Assembly (NCBI RefSeq): GCF_964355755.1
Contig: NC_092674.1
Coordinates: 28,024,001 to 28,088,000 of the forward strand
Direction of reading: 5' to 3'
Source of the DNA: Antedon mediterranea
Lineage: Eukaryota; Animalia; Echinodermata
DNA: 64,000 nucleotides
The notes under the pieces are model-generated. The model was not told where the DNA came from and did no database searches. It saw only the letters and a program-made list of their open reading frames with translations. Shown piece by piece: positions 51,401 through 61,600 of the stretch; the stretch's first letter is position 1, and the number at the start of each line of letters is the position of its first letter. Position numbers and translations under genes: made by a program.

Positions 51401-54400
51401 GGTCAGTGTGAACCACACTGGTCAGTGTGAACCACACTGGTCATTGTGAACCAGTGAACTACACTGGTCAGTGTGAAACAGTTGTGAACCACACTGGTCA
51501 GTGTGAACCAGTGAACTACACTGGTCAGTGTGAAACAGTGAACCACACTGGTCAGTGTGAAACAGTGAACCACACTGGTCAGTGTGAACTAGTGAACTAC
51601 ACTGGTCAGTGTGAAACAGTGAACCACTCTGGTCAGTACACTGGTCAGTGTGAAACAGTGGCCCTATTCAGCAATCTCACTTAACCTAAGGGAAATACTT
51701 TTTTTTAAATGTGGTCCAGATGCTTGGTTACCTATCCCAGGGTCCTAGGTTCAAATCCTGTCAAGGTTTTTTTTTCTCATGACAAACTCCACGCCGAAAG
51801 ACTTTGTGGTTTCAGAGCCTTTGTATGTTTGTCTTCTGTGAATTGATTTTTTTATCGTTAATCCTTTGTATTTCTCGAAACAAAACAAAAATACCATCAC
51901 ATTTACAGTAGGCTCTAATACAAAAATACACTTAATCTACACAAAATCTAACTTGTTTCTAAAAATGTTATTCTCTCCTCAATATTGTTCTCTCTGAATT
52001 GTGTACGTTGGATTGTCATTCTTTTGTCTGGCTCATTTCTGTACCTTTGCAATAAATCAGATATAGCGGTGTATGTTATACGTTGCACTTTGTAATAGTT
52101 AACGAGCATGAGGCACATTAGTAATCCCTGGTTGTTGTTATCACGTCACAAATACACAATGTTTTTGTAGCTGATGCGTGGTGGCTAATGTTGCACTAAA
52201 TCGGGGTCGTTTCATTAAAGAGATTAAAGCTTTTTTTTTATGCTTCTCAATACTTATGTCAAGTTGACCTAGATATTCTAGATTTGAACAAAATCTGCTG
52301 TTAATTATCGCTGTTAATTATCGCATAATTTCTAAACAAGTGGAATTACTGTTGAGGATTATATAAATACCCGGTAGTATTGTGCAATTTTAAGTGGTTG
52401 ATTGTGTGATATATTCTGATCGCCATAGAAATCGCCATGGAAACACGAATACAATGAATCAGTAATTTCTTACTAGTAACTCCAAACTGTTGGAATAAAC
52501 ATTTAGCGAGAACTAAAAAACTACAATAGACTGTTTATTTCTAATAATGTTTTATTGATAAATAGATTCAATTGGTTTGCAAGATCTAATTACTTTGTGA
52601 TTAGTTTAGTCTAAGCCAATTATTAGTAATTGCTTGTAATGTACAAAGGTAAGATTACCATGTTTAATTATAATTGTTCCCCTAATGAAAATTCACTTTT
52701 ATCCATCCAGTCCTTGTTGTACATGGCAGCATGATAGGGGAGAAGAATTGTTATTGTAAAGTTTAACATCATGTTCACATAGTGAATAGACCTAGTTTAT
52801 AATGTATACAGAATTATTATTATTAAAATGAGCTTGTGCTCAACCTTGTGTCACATAAAGTATTTTCAAATTGGATCTGTCAGGGGAAAAATGGCAAAAG
52901 GCTTCCTACTTTCTAGGAGTTTTAACAGATAATGTATAATGTTTTGACAACTCTTGTAGCATGATCACAGTGCTGATTTTGCCGTCTATATCGTGCCTGC
53001 TTACCTGGATATACCCGATGTACCTTTTCCACGAAGAAGAAAAGAAGAATTTTGCGGTAGCTCACCTCCATGATAAATGGGACAGTCTGCTATAGCGCCC
53101 TCTCGTGGGACCACTCCCACATAATACCGTCATCATTTCTTTTCGTACCATCGTATCGACAAGACACAAAGTTTTGAAGAGAAGATTTCTCGAATTCTAT
53201 GGAATTTCTTGTTTGTGTAATTTCTTTAATTCAAAGGGAAACCACTGCCTGGCACTAAGTAAATAAACTGCAATTCACTTTTCTTTAATTCTGACATTTG
53301 TGCTTACAAAGTTGTATGTAACCCACATTATGATTTGGTATTTAACTTAATTCTTTCAACAACAATGTTGGTTATCTTAAAAGTTGAATTACCTCAGTAT
53401 TATCCCAGAATATTTGATATTACTTTGAGTGCTTTCTAAGCCAATTAAAGTAGACCGTTGAGAATGTTTTTATAGTGAAGTATATATATGGTTGCTACTC
53501 AGTTTTAATTTAGGCATTGGACATCAGATGAATGTCTTCAGATTGCAAATTTGCCTTCAGGCTTTCACAAGACTACTCTTACAATTAATTATATATGACA
53601 TTTGATATGAGGCATGTCTCTTTTTGTGATATCAAAAAGTCTTGATTTCTTTTGATTGCAGTATTCTCTTTCATTTTTGGTGTTTCAAAGACTTGCTTGT
53701 TGTAATATAACCTGTTCATAACATCATGTATGATTGAAAATAAAAGTATGAAAATAATGTTTTTTCATACACTGCCAACAGAGAACAACTTATTGTGCTT
53801 ATAAACAAAGTCTCATTTGAGGCTTAGAGAGTGGAATTGTGTATTACAACCCTGACACTAGGTCAGGATTGAACCCTGACACTAAGTCAGGAAACCCTGA
53901 CACTAAATCAGGATTGAACCCTGACACTAAGTCAGGATTAAACCTTGACACTACAGTAGGTCAGAATTGCAACCTGACACTAAGTCAGGATTGAAACCTG
54001 ACACTAAGTCAGGATTGAATCCTGGACCTTGGGGATTGGAAGGCAAGCACGAAAACTTCTACATGTACACTGTACATATTCATAAGATTTCATTGTGATG
54101 TAACAAAGTTGCTTGTCAAAATATTGTTAATACAGTAACTTCTGAAGTTACCGAAAAGTTATTTTTTATAAATTAACTTAAAATATGTTGCTTTTCGGCT
54201 TAACTTCTTCCACGGGGCAGTTCTTTTGAAAGTAACAGTGCCAACTTCAAATTATCATTATGATGTCTTTTCTTTCTTAATAGACACCAGAAGAAGGAAG
54301 TGAGACATCAGTTTACGTAGCTCTGTCAACAGAACTAGAGGGAAATGGAGGTTTATATTTTGCCAATTGTGTAGCAGAAAAGTCCAGTTCCAGAACATAT

Positions 54401-54481
54401 GATAAATGTCTTCAAAATGAGCTTTGGGACCGTAGTATAGAACTGGCATCAGTTACTGAAAAAGAACTCTTTTATGATTAG
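12366..54481 (+). CDS. DHRSX: DHRSX-like short-chain dehydrogenase/reductase (polyprenol dehydrogenase / dolichal reductase family), 332 aa, 6 coding exons
   Basis: Manual splice, 999 nt in frame: 12366-12468, 13521-13628, 18363-18533, 42629-42836, 44092-44302, 54284-54481. SDR motifs [64 protein letters not shown] and G.HVT.N segments, the hydrophobic first exon and the exon layout resemble vertebrate DHRSX more than RDH11-14 (recognition from memory). Confidence 0.85.
12795..13132. mobile_element. MITE with ~55-bp TIRs and TAA target duplication in DHRSX intron 1
   Basis: taa|tgcacttgtcaattgtatgac...cccccgggagaggtgcgtca ... tgacgcacctctcccggggg...gtcatacaattgacaagtgca|taa. Confidence 0.85.
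13521..13628 (+). CDS. DHRSX: DHRSX-like exon 2 (Rossmann TGxxxGxG)
   Basis: tttcag|[35 protein letters not shown]|gtaagt. Confidence 0.93.
14305..14730. repeat. minisatellite of mixed 13- and 17-bp units
   Basis: (cacttactcaactacaa) and (cactcaactacaa) tandem units. Confidence 0.9.
15341..15440. mobile_element. small fold-back/MITE-like element
   Basis: gggtgt...acaccc ends with internal direct and inverted ctagaaaactcagat repeats. Confidence 0.45.
18363..18533 (+). CDS. DHRSX: DHRSX-like exon 3
   Basis: ttttag|SRSEEEA...[15 protein letters not shown]...PLHVLVNN|gtaaga. Confidence 0.93.
19440..19740. repeat. tandem pair of a ~140-bp dispersed element (third copy about 20870-20970, divergent relative about 52965-53085)
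   Basis: Shared core gtgcctagcttacctggataaaccaacaatagc...ccaaagagaggaagaa. Confidence 0.75.
21447..23148. repeat. 63-bp satellite, about 27 copies
   Basis: atttgtacatactgtggagtaggaaagtatacatctacatatgaacaacaaaacagttataca, near-identical copies with occasional 1-2 nt indels. Confidence 0.95.
23870..24870. repeat. ~60-bp tandem repeat plus local segmental duplicate
   Basis: ttttacattttgaacgaaagtatttatttgttgataagcccaattttccagtctta x4-5 at 23870-24155, repeated with downstream flank at about 24690-24845. Confidence 0.8.
25229..25590. mobile_element. PIF/Harbinger-like MITE; partial second copy about 56640-56862
   Basis: aggcccatacactaggacgataac ... gttatcgtcatagtgtaattgggcct with TWA-like flanks; internal inverted atgacgtcat segments. 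Confidence 0.7.
27440..27790. repeat. GT-rich degenerate tandem repeat
   Basis: gttgagatggctgtggtgatggtagt recurs three times within longer duplicated units. Confidence 0.7.
28403..28948. mobile_element. Kolobok-like non-autonomous element (TTAA TSD), long subfamily
   Basis: ttaa|agatgtattgtctctttg ... caagggacaatacatct|ttaa; AG..CT termini with TTAA fit Kolobok rather than piggyBac (CC..GG). Confidence 0.7.
30844..32931 (+). pseudogene. disrupted Academ transposase-associated ORF: N-terminal exon 30844-31165, intron, then XPG/FEN1-like nuclease and Cys-rich C-terminus
   Basis: [52 protein letters not shown] (H2TH-like), [15 protein letters not shown]...[12 protein letters not shown], acidic tail; several stops and frameshifts; no DDE core visible. 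Confidence 0.8.
33001..33636. repeat. ~173-bp tandem repeat, about 3.7 copies, inside the Academ 3' region
   Basis: Units start near 33001, 33158, 33330, 33503. Confidence 0.9.
35450..35650. repeat. 20-bp minisatellite
   Basis: (tactgtactgtatgtcctga) x about 9. Confidence 0.95.
37835..38159 (-). mobile_element. 5S rRNA-derived SINE (SINE3-like), 5'-truncated
   Basis: Reverse strand 38159-38080 reads cgtcagatcaccgaagttaagcaacgttgggcctggttagagcttggatgggagaccatctgggaatagcgggtgctgta (3' two thirds of 5S), then ~220 nt unrelated body and an (aataaaa)n tail. Confidence 0.75.
38700..38917 (+). mobile_element. tRNA-derived SINE, 5'-truncated
   Basis: B box GGTTCAAGTCC, body shared with the 39281 and 51710 copies, (aaac)n tail. 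Confidence 0.75.
39281..39536 (-). mobile_element. tRNA-derived SINE, near full length
   Basis: Reverse strand: A box TGGCTTGGTGG, B box GGTTCAAGTCC, A-rich tail. Confidence 0.8.
41742..42075. mobile_element. Kolobok-like MITE, short subfamily; other copies about 29838-30195, 34308-34622 (inverted), 48020-48405 (inverted)
   Basis: ttaa|agatgtattgtccccc ... gggagacaatacatct|ttaa; internal sequence alignable among four copies. Confidence 0.75.
42629..42836 (+). CDS. DHRSX: DHRSX-like exon 4
   Basis: taatag|[29 protein letters not shown]...[10 protein letters not shown]...|gtatga. Confidence 0.93.
43140..43990. repeat. 17-bp minisatellite (about 40 units) expanded from the right end of a pogo/Tigger-like MITE
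   Basis: (gaatagaggtgtcccct)n at about 43280-43980; left end tagaacccctattaaggggacac is the inverse of the unit. Confidence 0.85.
44092..44302 (+). CDS. DHRSX: DHRSX-like exon 5 (catalytic YxxxK)
   Basis: ttttag|[16 protein letters not shown]...HPGVVNSEL...HVLK|gtaaag. Confidence 0.93.
45006..45142. mobile_element. MITE-1, dominant ~140-bp PIF/Harbinger-like family (representative copy)
   Basis: TIR agctctgtctacactatcaaact with TAA/TTA flanks. Copies at about 409-538, 2974-3126, 4273-4411, 6032-6171, 6655-6908, 9456-9612, 9983-10122, 13637-13934 (split), 15552-15683, 16300-16446, 17106-17249, 20159-20331, 20973-21110, 21271-21435, 23691-23849, 34626-34748, 37415-37542, 40562-40693, 44438-44589, 45547-45709, 45732-45845, 46215-46287, 57587-57730, 58918-59005, 62495-62612. 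Confidence 0.9.
46360..47210. repeat. C-rich higher-order repeat (~175-195-bp units x4 built from ~20-bp ccctagataatcaac subunits)
   Basis: Units begin near 46437, 46612, 46808, 46983 and are separated by poly-C runs. Confidence 0.9.
47784..48003. repeat. 11/12-bp minisatellite with longer periodicity
   Basis: (tatcatacagt)n punctuated by tagtaatgg. Confidence 0.9.
49980..50815. repeat. GT-rich 23/24-bp minisatellite
   Basis: (ggttgtggtgataggtagagttat)n and variants. Confidence 0.9.
51355..51660. repeat. 18/27-bp minisatellite with palindromic core
   Basis: gtgaac-cacactg-gt-cagtgtg-aaaca units. Confidence 0.9.
51710..51850 (+). mobile_element. degenerate tRNA-derived SINE (same family as 38700)
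   Basis: ggtcctaggttcaaatcctgtca...gacaaactccac...gactttg. Confidence 0.6.
53090..53110 (-). promoter_or_regulatory. CTCF-like motif
   Basis: Reverse strand CCACGAGAGGGCGCTA, close to the CTCF core CCASYAGRKGGCRS. Confidence 0.4.
53848..54060 (-). repeat. tandem ~25-bp hairpin repeats continuous with a tRNA-SINE head
   Basis: (aaccctgacactaagtcaggattg) x7, then cctggaccttggggattggaaggcaagcacg. Confidence 0.75.
54284..54481 (+). CDS. DHRSX: DHRSX-like terminal exon
   Basis: taatag|[29 protein letters not shown]...[12 protein letters not shown]...FYD-TAG; the ORF track shows only the antisense frame. Confidence 0.92.
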   Translation, partial: TPEEGSETSVYVALSTELEGNGGLYFANCVAEKSSSRTYDKCLQNELWDRSIELASVTEKELFYD

Positions 54482-54914
54482 GAATCTAATCTTCAAAATG
54501 AGCTTTGGGACCATAGGAACTTCAATATCAGCAAGTTTCTTCAACATTAAATTTTGGATCGTAGTATAGAATTGGCATCAGTTACTGAAAAGGAACACTT
54601 TTCATGATTAGGAATACGAATCTAAGAAAGTTTCTTCAAAATGAGACTGTCTTGTTAAACCAGAAAAGAGAGAACAGTTTAGAGGTCCAATCATATAAGA
54701 GGTTTGGAGAATTAGAATCTTCAGAGATGATAACACATTTCCATGGTTCAAAGAACTACAAACTCATTGCATAAATTCAGCTACTGGCTCCTCTCTAATA
54801 ATGGTCAGTAATTTCCAGTTACATCTTATCAGACATCCATCACCTCTTCACCAGACATTTACCACCTCTTTGATCAGCATCACCACCAACCATCACTACC
54901 ATTATACAACCTTT

Positions 54915-55122
54915 TCACCAGTACTAGGCCTAATAATTGTCACCAGTACTAGGCCTAATAATTGTCACCAGTACTATAGGCCTAATAATTTTCACCAGTA
55001 CTAGGCCTAATAATTGTCACCAGTACTAGGCCTAATAATTGTCACCAGCATTATACTAATTGTCACCAGTACTATACTAATTGTCACCAGTACTATACTA
55101 ATTGTCACCAGTACTATACTAA
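54915..55122. repeat. 25/22-bp minisatellite in the probable DHRSX 3' UTR
   Basis: (caccagtactaggcctaataattgt)n shifting to (caccagtactatactaattgt)n; AATAAA follows at 55163. Confidence 0.85.
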
Positions 55123-55922
55123 TAACCTTTGACCATTTATAGAATGGTAATTCTGATATTAAAATAAAGTTGTGTTGTTATTACTGCGCGTGTCGTAATA
55201 ACAACAGTAGTTAGCACTTATGGAATTAATCAAATCAGATACACCTCGCTCCATGAGCTGTTCGCTAATATAATGTTTAATGATGCGTTAATAGCTTTCA
55301 AAGAATTTCAATTAATTCATGGTGGGAAATGCTCCTTCAGAACTCATTTACGTTGAAGCACAGAGATACTTAAGTTCCGTAGTTGATGTCAACTGTGTAA
55401 AATGTCAACGAAACTGAGAAAGGAAAAAAGTTTGATCTGTTTCTATCAGATTTTGCAACGTTTTATGCTACACGATAAGACCAGAATATTTTACAAATAA
55501 TGTTTCAAAACTAATACTGTAGTAAACAAATATATTTATATATATACTTTAAAGGCTTAGTGACAATTTTAGCACCAATTTTTTTTTTTAATCTTTCGTA
55601 GTCCATTCAATCATTAAAACAGTATTAAGCCCTCTGTTAGGCTTATCAATAGTCTGGGCTCCAGACGGAGTTTTGTCTTAATATTAGTAAAAATATAAAT
55701 ATTTTTGCAAATACGGCGTTTCATACGTGTAATTCTTGAGTTTGGATACAAATCAAAACGACGACGTGTGGAATGACATAAAAAAGACAATAAATACAGA
55801 CTTGGAGCAAGTCTAGCTTATCAACTGTACATACATAAGATAATAAGAAATATAAATATATATTACTCAGTATCAAAAATATCAAAATCTATATTAAATT
55901 ACATATTTATAATGATACAGTG

Positions 55923-56348
55923 CATTAGTTACTGCAGATGTTAAATCGTAAAGCACCACCCGTGTACTAGGATATTGTTTGAAATCCTACAGATAGTGAG
56001 AATTAACTCGAAGATTATACATACAACTTTTAAGGCCAATTTACACAGACCATTAGTTACTGCGGATGTTAAATCGTAAAGCGCCACCCGTGTACTAGGA
56101 TATTGTTTGAAATCCTACAGATAGTGAGAATTAACTCGAAGATTATACATACAACTTTTAAGGCCAATTTACACAGACGAGCGGTAATGTTAAGCGGAAA
56201 ACCGCGTAGCTTGTCCCACGTAGAATCTGTATCTATCCTGAGCGGAAACTGCCCGTCCGCTTCGCGTTGTGTGTAAATGGGCATATTGAAATAACATAGA
56301 TTTCTATATTTTTATAACCGTTACCGCTTGTCTGTGTAAATTGGCCTT
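55923..56348. mobile_element. Harbinger-like MITE (56161-56347) with ~128-bp tandem duplication of its left flank and TIR
   Basis: aggccaatttacacagacgagcggtaa ... ttaccgcttgtctgtgtaaattggcct; 55923-56050 is repeated at 56051-56178. Confidence 0.8.
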
Positions 56349-57059
56349 TACACTGCGGAATTCCCAACATACAAACGTATACGCATTAACAAACATATGC
56401 ATTTTCGTTAATGTGGTTGTATGATTCGGAACATGCAAACTGCAGATTAACAAACAGGATATGGGAACATAAATTGTCAACCATCGGCTTAATGTCCGTT
56501 TGAAAACAATAAATCCAAACCTAGCTTCAGTGTAATATGTCAATAACATTTGTGCAAATAACATTTCTGTCTCTTTTAGAAATTAAACAAGTTCTAATCC
56601 CAAAACTATAGAATAACCGTTTATGCTTTCTTTGATAAAAATAATATTTCAAAAAATCCAAATTAATGATGATGTCATGATTTATGTATAGATCATTGTA
56701 TTGTCACGATATTATTACTCTTACTAATCATGACGTCATTTGATTAGACGTTTGATAATTTTATTTCGTCAAATGGTTATCCTATTGTTCTACAATGAAA
56801 ACTTTTCTAATTTCTCTTGTTCAATGTAAGAAAAATACATATTTATCAATGTACGGGCCTTTAGGCTTATGTTTTCTGTGTTAGAAAACACATTAAAATT
56901 TCGTCGACCAAGTTATTTGTTTGCAAGACAGTTTGTCGGATTTACTTTAAGAAAGGCTGGGATTATTGAATTATTTCGAAGTCTGTATGTTTTTACATAG
57001 CAGTAGTGTATATGTTACCATTTCGTGATATAATTTAATTTAATTAAACTATAGTTATA

Positions 57060-57585
57060 GTTAAACAACATCCTTCCTTACCATCTTTGTTATCTTTTTA
57101 CTTCCAATTCCTCCTTTCATTCCCATCACACACGTACTAAAAATAAATTATCTATACCTTCCCATAGAACAAATTCTTTCCAACATTCGATACTCTGGGC
57201 CCACCCTGTGGAACAACCTATACCACCCTCCATCCTAAAATCTGCCTCCCCTAAGATACTTCTCTCAAAATTAAAAAAAGACACCTTTTCTACTTATTAA
57301 ATGTTTATTAATCGGTCATGTCTCGTTCTGCAGTACTAACTGATTTTATTTGTTTTTCTGTTATTCATACTTTAGATTATGAAATTTATTATTATTTTCT
57401 ACAATGCATTTCTTTTCTTATTTATTTGTGTCAAGGCTCACCCAACTAAAGATGTTTCCCAACATCTTTCAGGGCTTTTGCCTTCATTTTATGAAACTTA
57501 TTTTTATAATTCTGTACAATCCTGTTTCTTGTTTTCCTATGTATTCAGATTTTGTAAATAAATGTTTATTGAATTGAATTGAATT
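57060..57585 (+). mobile_element. CR1/L2-group LINE 3' fragment
   Basis: Frameshifted HHTR...P..RT..FQHSI.YSGPTLWNNL...KLKK ORF2-end motif, 3' UTR, AATAAA and (ttgaa)n tail. Confidence 0.65.
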
Positions 57586-58689
57586 ATGTCTACACTATCA
57601 AACTGTATGTGACAACAACTGTGATGTGCCCATATATGGACATGATGATGTCATATCACTACCATATCTGGGCATATCACTACCATTATTTGGGTGCATA
57701 ATGCTTTTTTTTTGTAAAGTGTAGACAGAGGATGTACACATTAGGAAGTATTTGAAACTATCTTACTCTTTGGGAAAATCCCTTTCAATTCCTTTTCAAT
57801 CATATAGTGACTGCGGTTGTTCTACATCTTTCAATATAGTGCAATAAACCGTTAATTCGATTAATTTACATAAAATGCGTTACCATGGTAACTATTCTCA
57901 GTGCATCATATTATTTTTCTCGATAAGCTTTGTTCAATATTGATGCATATTAATTTGATTTCTGGAAAAATAAAAAATATTAATCCTCAAGTTTGAATTG
58001 GAACGGAATTGAACCATCCTTCGCGTAAAGTGTTTGTGGCTGCATAGCATTAAGACCAACCTGTGTACTGTTGCTGCTATCGTGAAGGTTTAGAGCGGAA
58101 TGCAAAAAAAATTGAAATTATATTTCATATCGAATTCTTTGTTATTTGCCGACTCGACAGCCATTAAATGTGTTGTCGCTCTAGTATTTATAGGATGACG
58201 TTCTTCCATTTGAATTATATGGCTTTAGTGGAGTAGAGCATTCGTATGTGTATCAGGCAATTTGTATCTATAGAAATTAGTTGTAATGGTATGTAAAGGT
58301 TAATATATAGCGTTCGTTTATTAAATAGCAAATTGTACTTTCTCGCTTTGAAACCAATTATCATTTGTGACAACACATTAAATTACTAAAGTATGTTTCA
58401 CATTAAGCGAATGAATTGGCAATTTATAGATTTCATTATGTAAAATAAGCTACTATCTTTCAAAATAACCCGATATGTCCTTAATTTCGTTCTTTGGCGC
58501 GAAGAATAAGGACATTTCGATTTCGTGATGCTATGACTGGTCAAATTTCTTTTGTGCGTGTACGACATTGTGTTGCGTACATCCCGTGTGTGTGTCCTTG
58601 TTGGCTCCCACTAGAAAACGTTGAATCATCACTTTTGCAACGTGCGCAAGACACGGTGTTCACACTTTTGACACGCAATGTTACGTTCT

Positions 58690-61600
58690 TAAGCTTGGTT
58701 CCCACTAGAACGCAACGCAGCGATGTATCGACGCAAAGTGCTGTATTGCGTAATCACAAATGCGAACCGACGACGCAATAGTGCTGCAAACATCGTAGGT
58801 TTGATTTCACGCAGGCGGGTGCAAACACAATGATTGGAAGGGCATTTTCTTACGTTGTGTAGATTGCGTTACGTTGCGTCGCTAGCGGGAACCACGCTTT
58901 AGTGGTAACCAACTTAAAGCTTTGTCTACACTATCAAACTTTATGTGACAAATAAGTGTGATGTGCCCAAATATGGTAGTGATATGACATTTTCATGTCC
59001 ATGGGCAGAGTAATTTACTCAATACAGCACAATTATTGGAATGGCATTTTCTTACGTTGCGTAGGTTGCGTTACTTTGAATCTCTAGTGAGTACAAAGCT
59101 TTGGTGCAGCTAAAATGGAAGAAGATTTAAATTTTTTTTGTCAAAGAGTTGCCGTTTAAGAGCGATGAGAATAGGCAACAGACCGTGTATTTCGGCTCAT
59201 CCAAGTCTTCGTAAAATGAAAGAAAGAAGAAGCTAGCTAATTATTTAAAAGGTATTTACGGTTGGAAAACGATAAAAATACTGAGGAGATTAATGGCAGA
59301 TCACAAGTAAGATGACATTAATCGTGAAGTACCTGTCAAGCAAGACTGTCAATTAAATCCCTGATTTGTCATTATTTGCAATTTAAATAACGGCTTTATA
59401 TAATGCGTGTTGACATAAAATAATGATAATTTATAGCATTAAGCTATAGCATTTCCAAAAAAAATGTCCGTATATCGATTCATCCTTAAGTTTTTTTTTT
59501 TCTATTATAAACCATATTTTTATTTTTCTTCACTTTTATTATATTACATCTCTTTATGCTGTAATATTTCTCATAACATTAATTTATTTGAATCTAATAT
59601 AATAATATGTCACATTATTACCACAAAGGCTAGACACCATAGTTAATTTCATCAAATCTTGGAATCTATATTCTACTGTACAATAGGCCTAAAGATACAG
59701 AATGAGGCTAGTAGAGTAAAGCGTGGTTCCCACTAGAACGCAACGCAGTGACGTATTGACGCAAAGTGCTGTATTGCGTAATCACAAATGGGAAGCTACG
59801 ATGCTGCAAAAATCTAAATTTGAATTCACGCAGGCGGGGACAAACACAAATATTGGAAGGGTATTTTCTTACGTCGCGTAGGTTGCGTTACGTTGCGTCC
59901 CTAGTGGGAACCACGCTTTAAGCTTGGTTCCCACTAGAACGTAACGCAAGGACGTAAACGCAACGCAAGCGAATTGACCAATCACAAGCGATGGCTTATT
60001 CGCTTGTGATTGCTAACCGTCTATAACTTCGCTTGCGTTGCGTTTACGTCCTTGCGTTACGTTCTAGTGGGAACCAAGCTTCAGAATAGAAGGGCATTTT
60101 CTTACGTCGCGTAGGTTGCGTTACGTTGCGTCGCTAGTGGGAACCAAGCTTTAAGCGTGGTTCCCACTAGCGACGCAACGCAAGGACGTAACGCAATTCA
60201 AGTGAATTGACCAATCACAAGCGATGGCTTATTCGCTTGTGATTGCTAACTGTCTATAACTTCGCTTGTCATTGGTTAAAACGCTTGCGTTGCGTTTACG
60301 TCCTTACGTTACGTTCTAGTGGGAACCAAGCTTATGTGTGCGTTTGTAAATACACGTTTATTAGTAGTCTATGTTCTAGACGGAGTTTTGACTTAATACC
60401 ATTAAATAGATAAATATTCTGGCACATATGGCGTTTCATACGTATAATACTTGAGCTTGTAAACGCGCATGTTTTCTAAATGGTGTTTTACTACTAATAT
60501 GAACTCTAATATTCGGTCAAAATGACCCCAGAGCCGTCACCAGAACACGCTGAATGAATAATACTTGGCTTTAGGTTTCCAACGGTTTTAGTTTACTTAA
60601 TGTCGCATCAGAATAGTTTTAATGAACCTGCAGCAGTTGAATCAAATATAATGTATGTACCGATAATTGCGTATGCCGAACGTACAGTTGGCATCATAAA
60701 GCGACATATAATTAACATTACTCTCCCAACCATTGATAATCCAATTCCTATGTTAGCGTTTTCAAGTATCGTTTAAATGATAAAATCGTTTTCGCCATCC
60801 TAAAGTCTTGTTCCCACTAGAAACACAACAGAAGGACGTAAGCGCAACGAAAGTTGGCAAATGACGAGCAACAGTTCAGATAATCAATCGGTTTTTTTTA
60901 GATTGGTTAAATTACTTGGGTTGTGCGTACGTCGTTTAGTTGCGCGCATCCAAGTGGGAACCGATATAAGCCGGCTTTCTTAAGCGTGGTTCCCACTAGA
61001 ACGCAACGTAACGCAGCGACGTATTGACGCAAAGTGCTGTATTGCGTAATCACAAGTGGGAACCGACGATGCAACATTGCTGCAAACATCGCAGGTTTGA
61101 TTTCACGCAGGCGGGGGCAAACACAATTATTGGAAGGGAATTTTCTTACATTGCGTAGGTTGCATTACGTTGCGACGCTAGTGGGAACCAAGCTTTAATG
61201 CCAAATTAGACAGTGTCGTACGACGAGGCCCGACGCTACCTCCTCAAGACAGAACTCGCACGACGCTGTCTGAGTTGGCCTTTATATCTATAGAACCAAG
61301 CAAGCTTGAAACAGATGCTTCCTTCCATTTTAACATGCGCATGCGTGCACGTCATGTGAGACGTAAATTAAAGCAAATAATACTGGAGTTTACTTTCTGT
61401 CTGGAAAGAATATCAAATGTAAAGAAAGATAAACACAAACTTCATCAGGGTAATTGCACATAGAATCATGACGGTTTATTTTCGATTTTCGAGTATTTAC
61501 CGTATGTATTAATTAGGTTAAGTTAATACAGCAATTTGATCCTATATCTTGAACTAGGTTAATTTAGAACTTCGAATATAATCTGCGATTTGTGATCGAC

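Noticed and set aside
51222-51684. ORFs and a candidate acceptor (tttgtacag at 51246) as the missing DHRSX last exon
   Set aside because: Phase-0 reading stops after five codons and has no SDR similarity; the true terminal exon is at 54284
54258-54449. Minus-strand 63-aa ORF (also 18289-18495)
   Set aside because: Antisense shadows of real DHRSX exons
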